64,000 nt of DNA from Octopus sinensis (Eukaryota). The stretch covers positions 620,001 through 684,000 of the forward strand of contig NC_042997.1 of the NCBI RefSeq assembly GCF_006345805.1. Direction: 5' to 3'. Within the stretch, counting starts at the first letter, position 1. Every line of letters begins with the position of its first letter. The notes below the pieces were generated by a model. It saw nothing but the letters and a program-made list of their open reading frames with translations, ran no database searches and was not told the origin of the DNA. Both the position numbers and the translations under genes were made by a program. This document shows positions 51,847 to 64,000 of this stretch, in pieces.

Positions 51847-53512
51847 TATATTATATTAGATATATAAATACACACACACACACACCCAAAACACACACAG
51901 ACACACACACATACAGAGGTGTTAACCCATTTGCCTTCCTTATAAAATGTTAAAACCTCGATATAGGCAACGAGTAAAATATGACATATAGTAATACGCG
52001 AGATCTTACTTTGTTGCATAAATTAATATTGCGTTATTGGCTGAAAAGACGTAACTCTGTCCTTCCCACTTAAATTTTCTTTGTTGCTTAGGAAGGAACG
52101 GAAGAGCAGTCAGTCGATTGTAAAGCGCAGAATTGACAATAAATTGACAAGTCGTTCGAGGATTAGCATTTAAGACTGAATTCACTCTAACGAGAGAAAT
52201 CATTTAATGCCTACTGCACCAATACTGCACTCCCACCGTTCTTCAACGCTGATGCATTATGTCATTCTTTGGAAAATCTCTAAAACCTTCCTGTCGCATT
52301 GATGAGAAAAGGGATTGGGAATTGGATAAAGGCGGTCTCAATTTTCTGGCTTACTTTATCTGTTTATTTCAGACAAACCTGTTTTCTTTCTTTCTATTTC
52401 TATGGATATAAGCACTCATATTACGTAATATTTAAGTAAAGTTCTCCCACCACCACAATTCTATGCCATCTTCCTGTGTTTCTCTATTATACTGTCTCTT
52501 TTAATGTCTCCTTCTCTCTTTCACTGCCTTTGTCTTCCTCTCAGTTTCATGAATAAAAATTTATTCTATGAAAGGGTTAAAAGCTGTAATTCCTTCGAAG
52601 CTCATACTAGTTTGAGAAGAACGTATTTGCTAGTGGCGAGTCGTATGTTTTATTTTCAGTACACCGTAAAACAATACATACACGAATTTAAACACACATA
52701 CACACAAACACGCACGAATAGTCTTAAGTGTGATGTTGAAATTTTGGCATGCTTGGCCGTCACCATTTCGATGATGGCTTAACTGCAAATTCGGAGTAAT
52801 GGTTATGAATGTGTCTGTGTATGGGTGTGCAGGAATGCGAGTGTGAGAATGTGTGCATACATGATTTAAATAAATAAATGGTAATCTCTCTCTCTCTCTT
52901 TCTCTTTCTCTCTCTTGAGTCACTCTGTTACTTCTGTTAAGTATTAACAAAATATATACGTATACTAATTTTTTGAGTTCTATTTTTCCTTTTTGCATCC
53001 CTATATATATATATATATAATATATATATATATACATACATGCATACATACATGCACACACACACAGACAAACACACACACACATATATATGTGAGTGTA
53101 TGTATATGTATATATAGTTATAGTGGTGCAAAAAGCGAAAATAGAACTAACAAAATGAGTATAAATATATATTTTTTTAATAATTAAAGTCACAGAGTGA
53201 CCCATGTGTGACTCTCTCTCTATATATAATGTACATACAGGTGTGTGTGTGTGTGTGTGTGTGTGTGCTTACGTGTGCCTGTGCGAGCGTGTATGTCTGC
53301 GCGCTTAAGATTTTAATCTGGTACGTATAAAGTGTTTTGCAAAATAATTACACATTTTCAAAAGTAAGAGCAAAATTACACGTCAAGTTAAATGATATTT
53401 CTTCATCAATACTGTAACCATCGTTATTATTAATGCCATGTTACCCTATAACAGGGTTAATTTTCGACTCTTTCTTTAAAAAGAAAATTCTGCTGTTTTC
53501 AGTGCCAAATGA

Positions 53513-53553
53513 AGACATTAGAAACCTGATGCCGTGTCAGGTTTCTAATGTCT
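53513..53553. repeat. Perfect 17-bp stem, 7-nt loop hairpin
   Basis: AGACATTAGAAACCTGA-TGCCGTG-TCAGGTTTCTAATGTCT. Confidence 0.9.
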
Positions 53554-55207
53554 CTGTTTCTGAATATTCTGTCACCTATAAGGTGTATTAGCAATCAAGA
53601 CAAGGAATTACTTGGAGGTGTTACTAAATCTGGTGTGTATAAGGAATATGCAAGATTCTAATGATTTTACATATTCCTAATCTGTAGAATTAACCCTTGT
53701 ATACCATTTTGGGAAATACGCGCTTTATTGTTTACTATCCACCGTTGACGAAATGTTTCAACTAATTATACGTTTCTCGACAATAAACATCTCAACTCAT
53801 GGTATTTCTTAGTTTCAGCACTTCATAACGGACAACTCTAGACTTCATATTTCACTTGATACATAGTAGAACACATGCAAAACCACATGGTTGTCGACTT
53901 GGCACTGGCTTCCCATTTAGTATTTTTCCATTGTCTGTTATGTTGTACTTATTCTTCGTCAATTGTAACAATGTTCTAAGGAAACAAAACGAAATTAAAA
54001 ATGTACAGCAGATGGAGGGATTTTAGATTCGGTTCTCAAGTGAGAACGCATAAGAACTAAAAAACCAGGATTTTCTCCTTTTCAAGTTAATGTGACGCGT
54101 TCGTAGACTACTGAGCAAGATAATTAAATTTTTATAAAAATCTTCAGGTATTTCGACAACGATCAGCTTCAGTGGTTCTGTCAAAATATCGACATACTAA
54201 GTGGTTCATTTTGTAAGTTATACTTATCGTAGAGATAGGAAGAACCATTTTTAAATACCTGGAGTAGCAAACGGAATTTATGAGTCTTCATGTATTAGGT
54301 TTGCGTTAATAATGTTTTCCAGTGACAGTTTTATAATTTCGAGATTCATGTAGTAATTAACGGGTTTAACTTCTACTATATATTATAAAAGATACATTAC
54401 CGATCTTAGAGAAGTTAAACTAGATTTATACGCTTCTTAACACAAAATAACCAACCGTTATACTTCATTTATTTCATCATAAATGTAGAGCAGTGAGATG
54501 CGAAAAATATACATACATACAAACACATACCATTACACAGACACAGATAAAGACACAGACACACAGACACAAGCACACACACATACACAAACACACACAC
54601 ACACTTATATATCATAATTCACAGAGCCGAACACCAATAAGAAAAGATGCAACCAAGATATACAAAACTCAACTCCTATCATTCACTCTCACTCACACTC
54701 CCCCACATAGGATAGACACATACAGATACACCCAATCCACAGCCACACTGTAAATTACACTTTTTTTTACACTTTAGCACCTCTGAAGTTGTTGATACTG
54801 GTGTATGGGGGTACCAGTTTAATGAATGTCGACACCTTATGTCATTGAGAAATAGCTCGGTGCTTGAGTCAAACGAGTTCTTTACCCCAGATGTCCCCGA
54901 ATTGCCTACCGTCACTCGTAAAGCTATTGTAGTATAGGGTGCACGCGGCGGCGGCGGTGTCTGTGACGGCGGTGATGACTGTTCGGTGTTGGTGGTCGTT
55001 TAGTGTGTTAATCTATGGAGGACATAATAATGATCAGAAGATTATTTCAGATAACAACAATGACAAAAACAGAAAGCAAAAAAAAAAAAATGAAATAAGA
55101 AAGATAATCTTATGCTGAATTCCTTGCACTTTAGTGCCAGTTTTGCTTCTCTTGCTAATTTTTTCCCCTCTTCATTTCTGACTTTGTAATCTGCTGAAAA
55201 TACTGTT

Positions 55208-55326
55208 ATTTAAAAGCAAATCAACTACGTCCATAAATACAAGGTGGCATCAAAAGCTTCCTGGACTCTCTCTCTCTCTCTCTTTACTCTTTTACTTGTT
55301 TCAGTCATTTGACTACGGCCATGCTG
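55208..55326 (-). repeat. 119-bp inverted copy of 57182-57300
   Basis: 3 mismatches; includes the SINE B tail, (GA)n, a mariner-type TIR and its outer flank. Confidence 0.9.
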
Positions 55327-55419
55327 TTGATGTTGGTGTGTCAGTAACTGTCATGGTTTCTTGTTAATGTTTCAGAAAAAATTTCACATACTTTATTCAA
55401 ATTATCTATTCTCTTCCCG

Positions 55420-55990
55420 AATATGATCCTACGCATATTAAGCGTCTTATCTTCTCTAGTTTTGCTGATATTTAGCATTTCTTTTGTTTCTTGGCAATCT
55501 TATTTTTTGTTAATTTATACTTTTGCTATTATGTCCCTTTTATTCTCTTCCCATGTTGGATCCTCTTTACTACAATTCACTACGTTGGATCAAGTTGAGT
55601 AACCATGAAAGGAAATGTTGCTAGCGATCGTTATGTCTGCAGAAATCCATGTTTTTGTTTTAGTACGCAGAATATCTTGCAGGATCCTGCTATGTATATA
55701 TATTCATTCGTGAAATATTTTGCTTCGTGTTAAAGTTGGACTGGTGTTATTACCTTCTGTTATATGTCCCTTTATTGCTTCTGTTAAGTCTTCGTAAATG
55801 ATTTCGTTGCGATTTATTTTGTCACGTGTGAAGTCTGGTTACACTTATTGTGCATTTTGATATATATCTCCGTATAACTTTGTTGTGTTATTTATGGGGA
55901 TTTTGTATTTTAGCTGTTTTTTGTGTAAGTGTTTTCATATGTTTAGTTTTGCTACAATAACTTTTGTTATATGGGTTGGATAGTGTAATA
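55420..55990 (-). mobile_element. R4/Dong-like N-terminal region relic
   Basis: Minus translation ..KYKLTKNKIAK..KEML..ISAKLEKIRR, comparable to RKYNITEKDLPEIKEKLKQDILAKAQRIRRY. Confidence 0.5.
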
Positions 55991-56117
55991 AATTGATTAC
56001 ATTTTGTGAGTTCATTTATTATATTTGTACTGGTGTCAACCGTATTTCTTTCTTTCGTTTCAGCAATACTGTTTTGTATTTCTGTGATCACTTATATGCT
56101 GTAGTCGGCGATTTTGT

Positions 56118-57270
56118 CATGGACAAGAAATTGGAAAAAAGAACGGACGTGAAATTTTGCGTTAAACTTGGGAAGTCTGCTACGGCAAAATTGAGCACGC
56201 TTCGGCAAGCTTACGGTGACGAGGCAATGGGTCATATGCAATATTTCAACTGGCGCGGGCGCTTTAATAGCGGAAGAAAAGCTCTGGTAGACGACGAGCA
56301 ATATGTGGAAGTCCTGTCAATAGCGTCAACAACGGAAATGTGGTACTGTGCATCCAGAATTCGCCCCTTCCCCCCGATTCACACCGTCGTTCGACAGTTC
56401 TACTGCCAATTTTGAAGCGTTTGAAGGAGCGGCTGGTTCTGTGGAGCGCAGAGAATATTGGTATCTTCACAACGACAATGCTACCTGTCACCGAGCTCTC
56501 CCCACTCGTGAGTTTCACGCGAAAAAAACTTAATGGTATCGCTTCCACATCTGCCCTATTCGCCAGATCTAACACTTGCGTACTTTTATCTCTTTCCCAA
56601 AATGAAAACGCAATTCAATGGTCGCCATTTTAGCACTGTAGTCGAGATCCATGGCGAATCGTCGACGGTCCTCGTCTAGCTTACTGAAAACGGCTTCCAG
56701 GCCAGTTTTCATTCAAAAGCAGCAGGATCGCTAGGACCAGTGTATTGCTACGCAAGGTGAGTATTTCGAAGGAGATAATGTCAAAACTTAGTTATTTTGT
56801 TATTAAACGTAAGTAGTAGGCGCAGGAGTGGCTGTGTGGTAAGTAGCTTGCTAACCAACCACATGGTTCCGGGTTCAGTCCTACTGCGTGGCATTTTGGC
56901 AGGTGTCTTCTGCTATAGCCTCGGGCCGACCAATGCCTTGTGAGTGGATTTGGTAGACGGAAACTGAAAGAAGCCTGTCGTATATATGTATATATATATA
57001 TATGTATGTGTGTGTGTTTGTGTGTCTGTGTTTGTTCCCCTAGCATTGCTTGACAACCGATGGTGGTGTGTTTACGTCCCCGTCACTTAGCGGTTCGGCA
57101 AAAAGAGACCGATAGAATAAGTACTGGGCTTACAAAAATAATAAGTCCCGGGGTCGAGTTGCTCAACTAAAGGCGGTGCTCCAGCATGGCCGTAGTCAAA
57201 TGATTGAAACAAGTAAAAGAGTAAAGAGAGAGAGAGAGAGAGTCCAGGAAGCTTTGGATGCCACCTTGTA
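56118..57270 (+). mobile_element. Mariner element, internally deleted, with 3' TIR
   Basis: MDKKLEKRTDVKFCVKLGKSAT..RQAYGDEAM..RFNSGR..DDE; WYLHNDNA.CH; PYSPDL...YLFPKMK; GEYFEGDN. TIR-like AGTCCAGGAAGCTTTGGATGCCACCTTGTA at 57241-57270. Confidence 0.85.
56817..57240 (+). mobile_element. tRNA-derived SINE family B, full length, inserted just inside the mariner 3' TIR
   Basis: A box TGGCTGTGTGG and B-box-like GGTTCAGTCC, complete body, AAGAGT/(GA)n tail. Confidence 0.9.
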
Positions 57271-59010
57271 TTTATGGACATAGTTGATTTGCTTTTAAAT
57301 CTCGCTTTCTATTTAGGTCCTTTAGTTTTCCTTTTGTTTGTATGAAAAAAAGGTCATTTGTCTTTTATGTTTTCAAATCGTAGTTTATTTTTTATTCAGT
57401 TATTCCATATATCCGACTGTGTGCACGTGCGCGTGTTTACGAGAGAGAGTGTGGGGAAATATATATAGATACACAGAGGGAGAGTGTGTGTGTGCGTGAG
57501 TAAGTGAGTGAATGAGAGTGACTACTCGAAAGATTGTAAGTTATTTGAACCATAAATTATATGTATATTATCACACGTAATATATAATATAACTAAATAT
57601 TAGTTATAGTTCGCTTTATTTTACTTGTATTCAGGAATCCGTTCTCCTCTGTTTTATTCGTCCAGATACGGTATTCTTGTACATGTATGTGCTTTCAACA
57701 ATATATTTTGCGTATAATAATCATTTGAATATATGAAATAAGCTGTTTCCTCACAATATTATATAGATCGTTTTTTATTAATTTTTGGTATTGTCTTTAG
57801 AGGTATTATTTCAGATACTGCGTCCATATTTTCAGGCAATTCTCTACTTGTACATCCTGTTCTTCTTTTCGTTGTTATATTTAAATAGATCTCAGCATGT
57901 AATCATATTATACAGAGACATATCAATATTGGTATTGACAATTCTATGTTTCATAAAAAAAGAAATATATACGGTGCAATAGAAGTAATAAAAGCAGAGA
58001 TGTGCGTATACTAACCGACCATAATACGAACGAATATGTATCGATGTGTATCAATACCTATTACAGTAAGCAAATACTTTTGAACAGAAGCTAGAAGTTA
58101 GAGATACCCAAATATAACTTGATTCCATCATGAATGATATCTTTAAGATAAACAGTATGCATTGAACTCTGATGAAAATACTAATCATAAATTCAAAGAA
58201 TATTTGAATAATAACTGAAATTTGTCACATCAGTTACACTGACATTTTCTTCGTTTCTTTCATTTGATTGTAATAGTTGGCTTTAAAAAATAGCAACTAG
58301 ATAACAACAGTTACAGTTATGCGAAGCGGAGGAAGATTCTCAGATATTTACAACCAGCTTTCAGCTTTAGCGACGACTCGAGTTTCTTAGCTGTGTGTAC
58401 TGAGACTGAACTGAACTTCAAGATAAATAACAGTAAAGTTCATGGAATGGGGCAATATGTCAATGGAAATGTGTCGAACACTATAGAAGTGTTTACAATG
58501 TCGAAGCGCATATCTTATTTTCTTCCTCATTGTTGTTCTAAAAAAAAAGAACTAAAGAACTAAAAAAAGGGTGAGTTATCTGAAGAACATGACACAAGTA
58601 TAAAACTTGTAACAATATTACTACACGAAAGCGCAGATACTTGAACACTTAGGCGTTGACAAAAGTGTATTGAAGAGCAGTGGGTATGTAGGGTATGTAG
58701 AAAACTTTTGCAGATTGTCTTGTTATCAAATTAATGAATTAACGCAGATAGAGATGCGCTGAAATTTCACGAGAAACTGAAGCGGTTGTGTTCAACATTG
58801 TAGGTAGCTCGCATCACGAATTTCTATTTGAAATCGACTCCCTAATATTCGGTACAACTTAATATAAATTGAGCTGTTCTATATGCATCATATGGTAAAA
58901 CATTATTAGTAGCTTCAAAGAAAGAATTTGTATGACACAAGTATACCTATATTCAACAAAAACATTGTAATTCTGCTGGTCGGTAACTTAAGACAAAAAT
59001 CTTAGCATGG

Positions 59011-59071
<61 letters not shown>

Positions 59072-59124
59072 AAAATTATCTTTTCTATTATAAGCACAAG
59101 CCATGACATTTTGGGTGAGGGGGC

Positions 59125-59260
59125 AGCCGGTTAGATCGACTCCAGTACACAACTGGTACTTAATTTTTGACCCTTTCTCGGAATTTGAACGCAGAACATA
59201 GCGATGGGTGAAATGCTTGCGGGTATTTCGCCCATCGCTACGTTCTGCCAGTTCCCCGCC
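59125..59260 (-). mobile_element. SINE family A, internally deleted, with a local inversion forming a 24-bp hairpin
   Basis: Minus-oriented ends (CTGGTACTTAATT..GGAATTTGAAC and TTCTGCCAGTTCCCCGCC), but 59215-59247 is in the same orientation as the + copy at ~2985-3017. Confidence 0.7.
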
Positions 59261-60240
59261 TTATCTATAAAGATGTAATGATAACTGGATCAAGTCAGTG
59301 ATTTACACAATGGAGTGAAAACCCTCATTGTCCATTAGATATAAATGAGAGAGAAATAAACATTTTATCAATCATAAATACCAGAGAAAATGTATTTATG
59401 ATGTTTCCCAGAATTTCTATCATTTTGTAGCTCTCGTTAAAAGAATAGCCAAATCATTTGACACAGATTTGGCCTCATGCACAGCTTCACCAAATGTGAG
59501 ACATGAACAGAACTTGGAAACTACTCATCACATTGTGGTCTATAGTTTTTGTGTTCATACCGAACATATAAAGACAAATAAAATAAGAAAACGAAAGCAT
59601 GGAATCAATTCTCTGCTGATGTTGCTCAAATAGTTATTCTTCCCTTGTGACTGCACCGCATGTCGAAATGATTGTGCCAGTTAAAATGGTAAAAAGAAAA
59701 GACTTTAGCTTTTCAATATATCCTTCATCAATATTTTGCAATATAATTTGAATCATAAGAATGAAGTAGAGAAAATGTCATTTGCTCAAGTAAATTTTAA
59801 GATGGGTGATTGAAAGTTGAACATTTTCTGGTGGAAACGATTTACACATCATATTCACTTGTGGGAATCTTAGCAGCATAAGAAGGCACATACACACAAC
59901 ACACGCACACACGCACGCACCCTTACGCACAAATACACACATGCACAAACATATACACTCACATCACACATACACACACACTCACACAAATATACAGGCA
60001 AACGCTCACAGGCCAAACATAGAGAAGGATACACAAAGACATCATAAAATGTTTTATCAAAGGCGTCATAAAAATATATGGCTTCAGTTACAACTAATAA
60101 AATTTATACACTAAAAGTATTTCTATGTACAGTTTTCAATAACACATTAGTCAACGCATAGTAAATAAATATATCAACATGTACATACGTACACACATAT
60201 AACCTCGCTCCCATACTCACACGCACATAACCGCACAAAG

Positions 60241-60284
<44 letters not shown>

Positions 60285-60301
60285 CATATATATATACATA
60301 C

Positions 60302-60403
<102 letters not shown>

Positions 60404-60874
60404 GTAAAATAATATATATGTATATCTATTTATATCGCTTTCTTACTCTCTCCATCGCTCATCGTATACGTGTGTGTGTGTACACAATCCTTATCTATCA
60501 ATCTGTTTATCTAAATACGCACATGGATATACATACATAAACAGACACACACATACACACACATCAGGAAAATAATTTTTTTATATAAAAATATTGAATA
60601 TTGTAGCTATATACGTACATGAATGGCGTGTGGTTGTGAGTTTATACATAGATAAGTATTGACTACTTAAAGAGGCGCAAGTCTAAAATTTGGCGGGAGT
60701 GACGATTGCGTATGTCGATACGAGTCGATATACTCAGTTGTATATTGTGCTACAAACTTAATTGACCTCGGAAAGATAAAAAGCTAACACGACATGAGAT
60801 ATACTTGAAACCAGGTTGAAAAGCATTCAGATGCCGAAAGACATTTCTGAGTGGGGCTCGAATGGTTCAAGTAG

Positions 60875-60906
60875 TATTAGTATTAGTAGTATTAGTATTA
60901 GTATTT

Positions 60907-60940
<34 letters not shown>
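60875..60940. repeat. (AGTATT)n/(AGT)n tract
   Basis: Directly visible; abuts the 5' end of family 5. Confidence 0.9.
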
Positions 60941-60942
60941 CG

Positions 60943-62213
60943 AATAATTGATGTAGATGGAATCAAATACCATGACATGAAGGAAAAGATAGGAGAGTAA
61001 CTACCTACAGCGAGTGGAAAAAATAATTCTGGCATTCAAAGCTGAATGCCCGAAAAATTATTTAGGCAACAAACTCGCGCACAGTCACAGTTCGATACGG
61101 CCCTGAAATCCTGCAGTGGACTGAGGAGGAGCCAAAGGGAGATGCATGGAGTCTATCATCCACGTACAGACACTGATTGCCTATGCATTAAGAGGGCAAA
61201 TGGTGGAAGGGAACTGAAAAGTGTGGAAGACTGCGTGCGTATCGAACTCTGAGCTTAGTCAATTTCCTAACCCAAAGTAAGGAAACCTTGCTAGTGTCAG
61301 TTAGGAACCAGGGAATATAGAGAGCAGAGAAAAAAAGGAAAACAAAGGAAGAAGTACAAACAGGACATGAAGTAGAGAATGCACAATCAATTCCATGTAG
61401 CTACAGCAGAATTTGCTGGAAAATATAGGTGGGATTGCCTGAAGAAAGGAACCCTAAAAAATGGCAGCGCAAGACCAAGCTCTGGCCAAGAACTGGAGGG
61501 TCAAGCTGAGGAATGAGCAAGTGTCTTTTTTGTTGGCGCATCTGCAATAGAGTGGATGAGTGGATTAAACCATTGCCCATATCACGAACGGATGCTCTAG
61601 ACTTGCCCGAAACCAATAATAATTGTGGCGAAACGACCAGGTAGTGAAAGTGTTACATCGGACACTGTGCGTAAAATGGGAGCTAGAGAGAGGCAAAACG
61701 TTGTTTGATCGCAAAATGTGGAGATGAGAGAGAATGAGAGACTAGCAAAATCCTCTGGGATTCCCCAATCCAAACAGATCGGGTGTTAGAGCATAACAGG
61801 TCGGACCTAGTGGTGGTGGACAAGGTGCAACACATATGCTATGTAGTTGACGTTGCTTGACCCTTTGACCCACAATTAGACGTGAAGATAGATAGATAGA
61901 TTGATACATAGCTACCCTCTTAATTACGAAATAGTTCAGCTATGGAAAATGAAGAAGGTGAAAATAGTGCCAATTTTTGTTGCTCCTTGGGAACAGTATC
62001 AGAAAGTATCAAGAGGAATATAAAGGTGGTTGGAATAGAGTGTCCAGTAGAACTGTTACAAAAGGATTGCCTCACTGGCATGGCCAGAATAATCAGGAAA
62101 GTATTAGATAACTGAAAAGAACGAAAAGCAAGGTACCGTAGGCTGCGGATAGTAAGCGCGCTACACGTGCAAGACTCCAGGAGCTCCAACAAAACCTATG
62201 ATAAAGAGAAAAT
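60943..62213 (+). mobile_element. R4/Dong LINE family 5, 5'-truncated and degenerate, with 3' UTR
   Basis: HDMKEKIG, KLNARK, MHGVYHPRTDTDCLCIKRANGGREL, AAQDQAL, HDQV, KILWDSPIQTDRVLEHNRSDLVVVD, VVDVA; ends in (AAT)n. Confidence 0.8.
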
Positions 62214-62259
62214 AATAATGGTAATAATAATCATAATAATAATAATAATAATAATAATA

Positions 62260-63432
62260 ATAGATATGAAATTTGGATTAGAAAAATGCGCCAAAGTAAC
62301 CATGAAAAGAGGAAAACTAGTTAAGAGTAACAACATCACACTAGATAAAACCAATGAAATAAAAGAATTAGACCAAAGCCAAACTTACAAATACTTAGGA
62401 ATCCATGAACTAGATAAGACACAACACACACAAATGAAAGAGAAAATAAAAAAAGAATATTATAGACGAGTTAGATCAATACTAAAAACAGAGATCAATG
62501 CTAAAAACAAGATAATAGGTATCAACACTTTAGCTGTCCCAGTTATAAGTTACAGCTACAATATCCTTAACTGGACACGAAATGAACTGACCAAAATAGA
62601 TAGGAAAACAAGAAAAATAATGACAGGATCTAGGATGCATCACCCAAAATCTGACATAGAAAGACTATATACACAACGTATAGAAGGTGGTAGAGGCCTT
62701 ATACAGCTGGAAAAGTACTATAAAATAACCACCATAGGACTGCAAAAATACCTACTTCAGAAGGAAGGAAAACTGATCCAGATAACTGCAGAATATGTGG
62801 AGATGAACAAGAAACAATAAATCATTATCTCTAGCTGCCCAGTCCTGGCTAAGAAGGAATATATTCGCAGACATGACAGAGTTGGAACCTACATACATTG
62901 GAAGCTATGCCAACAGAAAAAAGATGGTATAGGCACACACCAGAAAAGGTCACAGAAAACGAGAAAGCAACCATACTCTGGGATATGCCGATACACACAA
63001 ATAGAGAAATTAAGGCCAACAGACCATATATAGTTGTCAGAGATCATGAAGAAAAAAAATGTTTTCTAATTGAAGTATCAATACCGGCAGATGACAACGT
63101 GTCTCTAAAAGAAATGGAGAAACTCTCAAAATACAAAGACCTGGAAATAGAGGTAACTAAAATGTGGAATCTGAAAACAGAAACAATTCCTATCATAGTA
63201 GGTGCATTAGGCATGATAAAAAAATATTCAGACAAATACATAACAAAAACACCAGGACTTACAAACACATATGACATACAGAAAATTGCACTACTAGGCA
63301 CTGCACACATCCTACGCAGAACACTTTCCATACAATAACCATCAGAGCATCACAACAAATCACAGCACATACCCAAGGCACACAGAGCTGCGCTCGGTAG
63401 TGAAGTGAAAGCACGCTATAAAAATAAAACTA

Positions 63433-63435
<3 letters not shown>
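62260..63435 (+). mobile_element. R4/Dong family 1 copy, 5'-truncated, with two internal deletions
   Basis: Near-identical to ~29760-31331; lacks ~30285-30660 and a 16-bp segment; (AAT)n on both sides. Confidence 0.95.
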
Positions 63436-63493
<58 letters not shown>

Positions 63494-63517
63494 TAATAAT
63501 AATAATAATAATAATAA

Positions 63518-63900
<383 letters not shown>

Positions 63901-64000
63901 TAATAATGATAATAATAATAATAATAAGAGATAAAAATTATAATGATAATAATAATAATAATAATAGTTTCAAATTTTGTAACAAGAGCAGCCATTTAGG

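Noticed and set aside
51925-54370. TTAACCC / GGGTTAA motifs suggesting piggyBac ends
   Set aside because: The matches are only 7-10 bp and do not form convincing TIR pairs.
55238-57270. Interpretation as an intact mariner bounded by two genuine TIRs
   Set aside because: The inverted match extends 30 bp outside the TA and into SINE sequence inside, so the left copy is a later duplication.

Overview
AT-rich, microsatellite-dense eukaryotic DNA with no host protein-coding gene that I can support. The repeat content (abundant tRNA-derived SINEs, Dong/R4 LINEs, (TA)n/(CA)n/(AAT)n tracts) looks most like an octopus genome; this is an inference. Non-LTR content is dominated by R4/Dong-type retrotransposons with a restriction-like endonuclease (RLE): about five families in about nine pieces, including a nearly intact 3-kb copy at 28.3-31.3 kb. 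The well-delimited copies lie sense to the (AAT)n strand, and several are stacked head-to-tail (14.5-23 kb on minus, 60.9-64 kb on plus). Also present: fossils of L1/Tx1, HERO-like, CR1-like and Gypsy elements, a Chapaev3-like transposase pseudogene, two mariner relics, a Helentron-type (HINE) insert, three tRNA-SINE families and a probable tRNA-Cys(GCA) pseudogene. Beyond this catalogue, there are several degenerate Penelope-type hammerhead ribozyme motifs and many local inverted duplications or fold-backs. Coordinates were read by eye and boundaries are approximate (usually within 10-20 bp).
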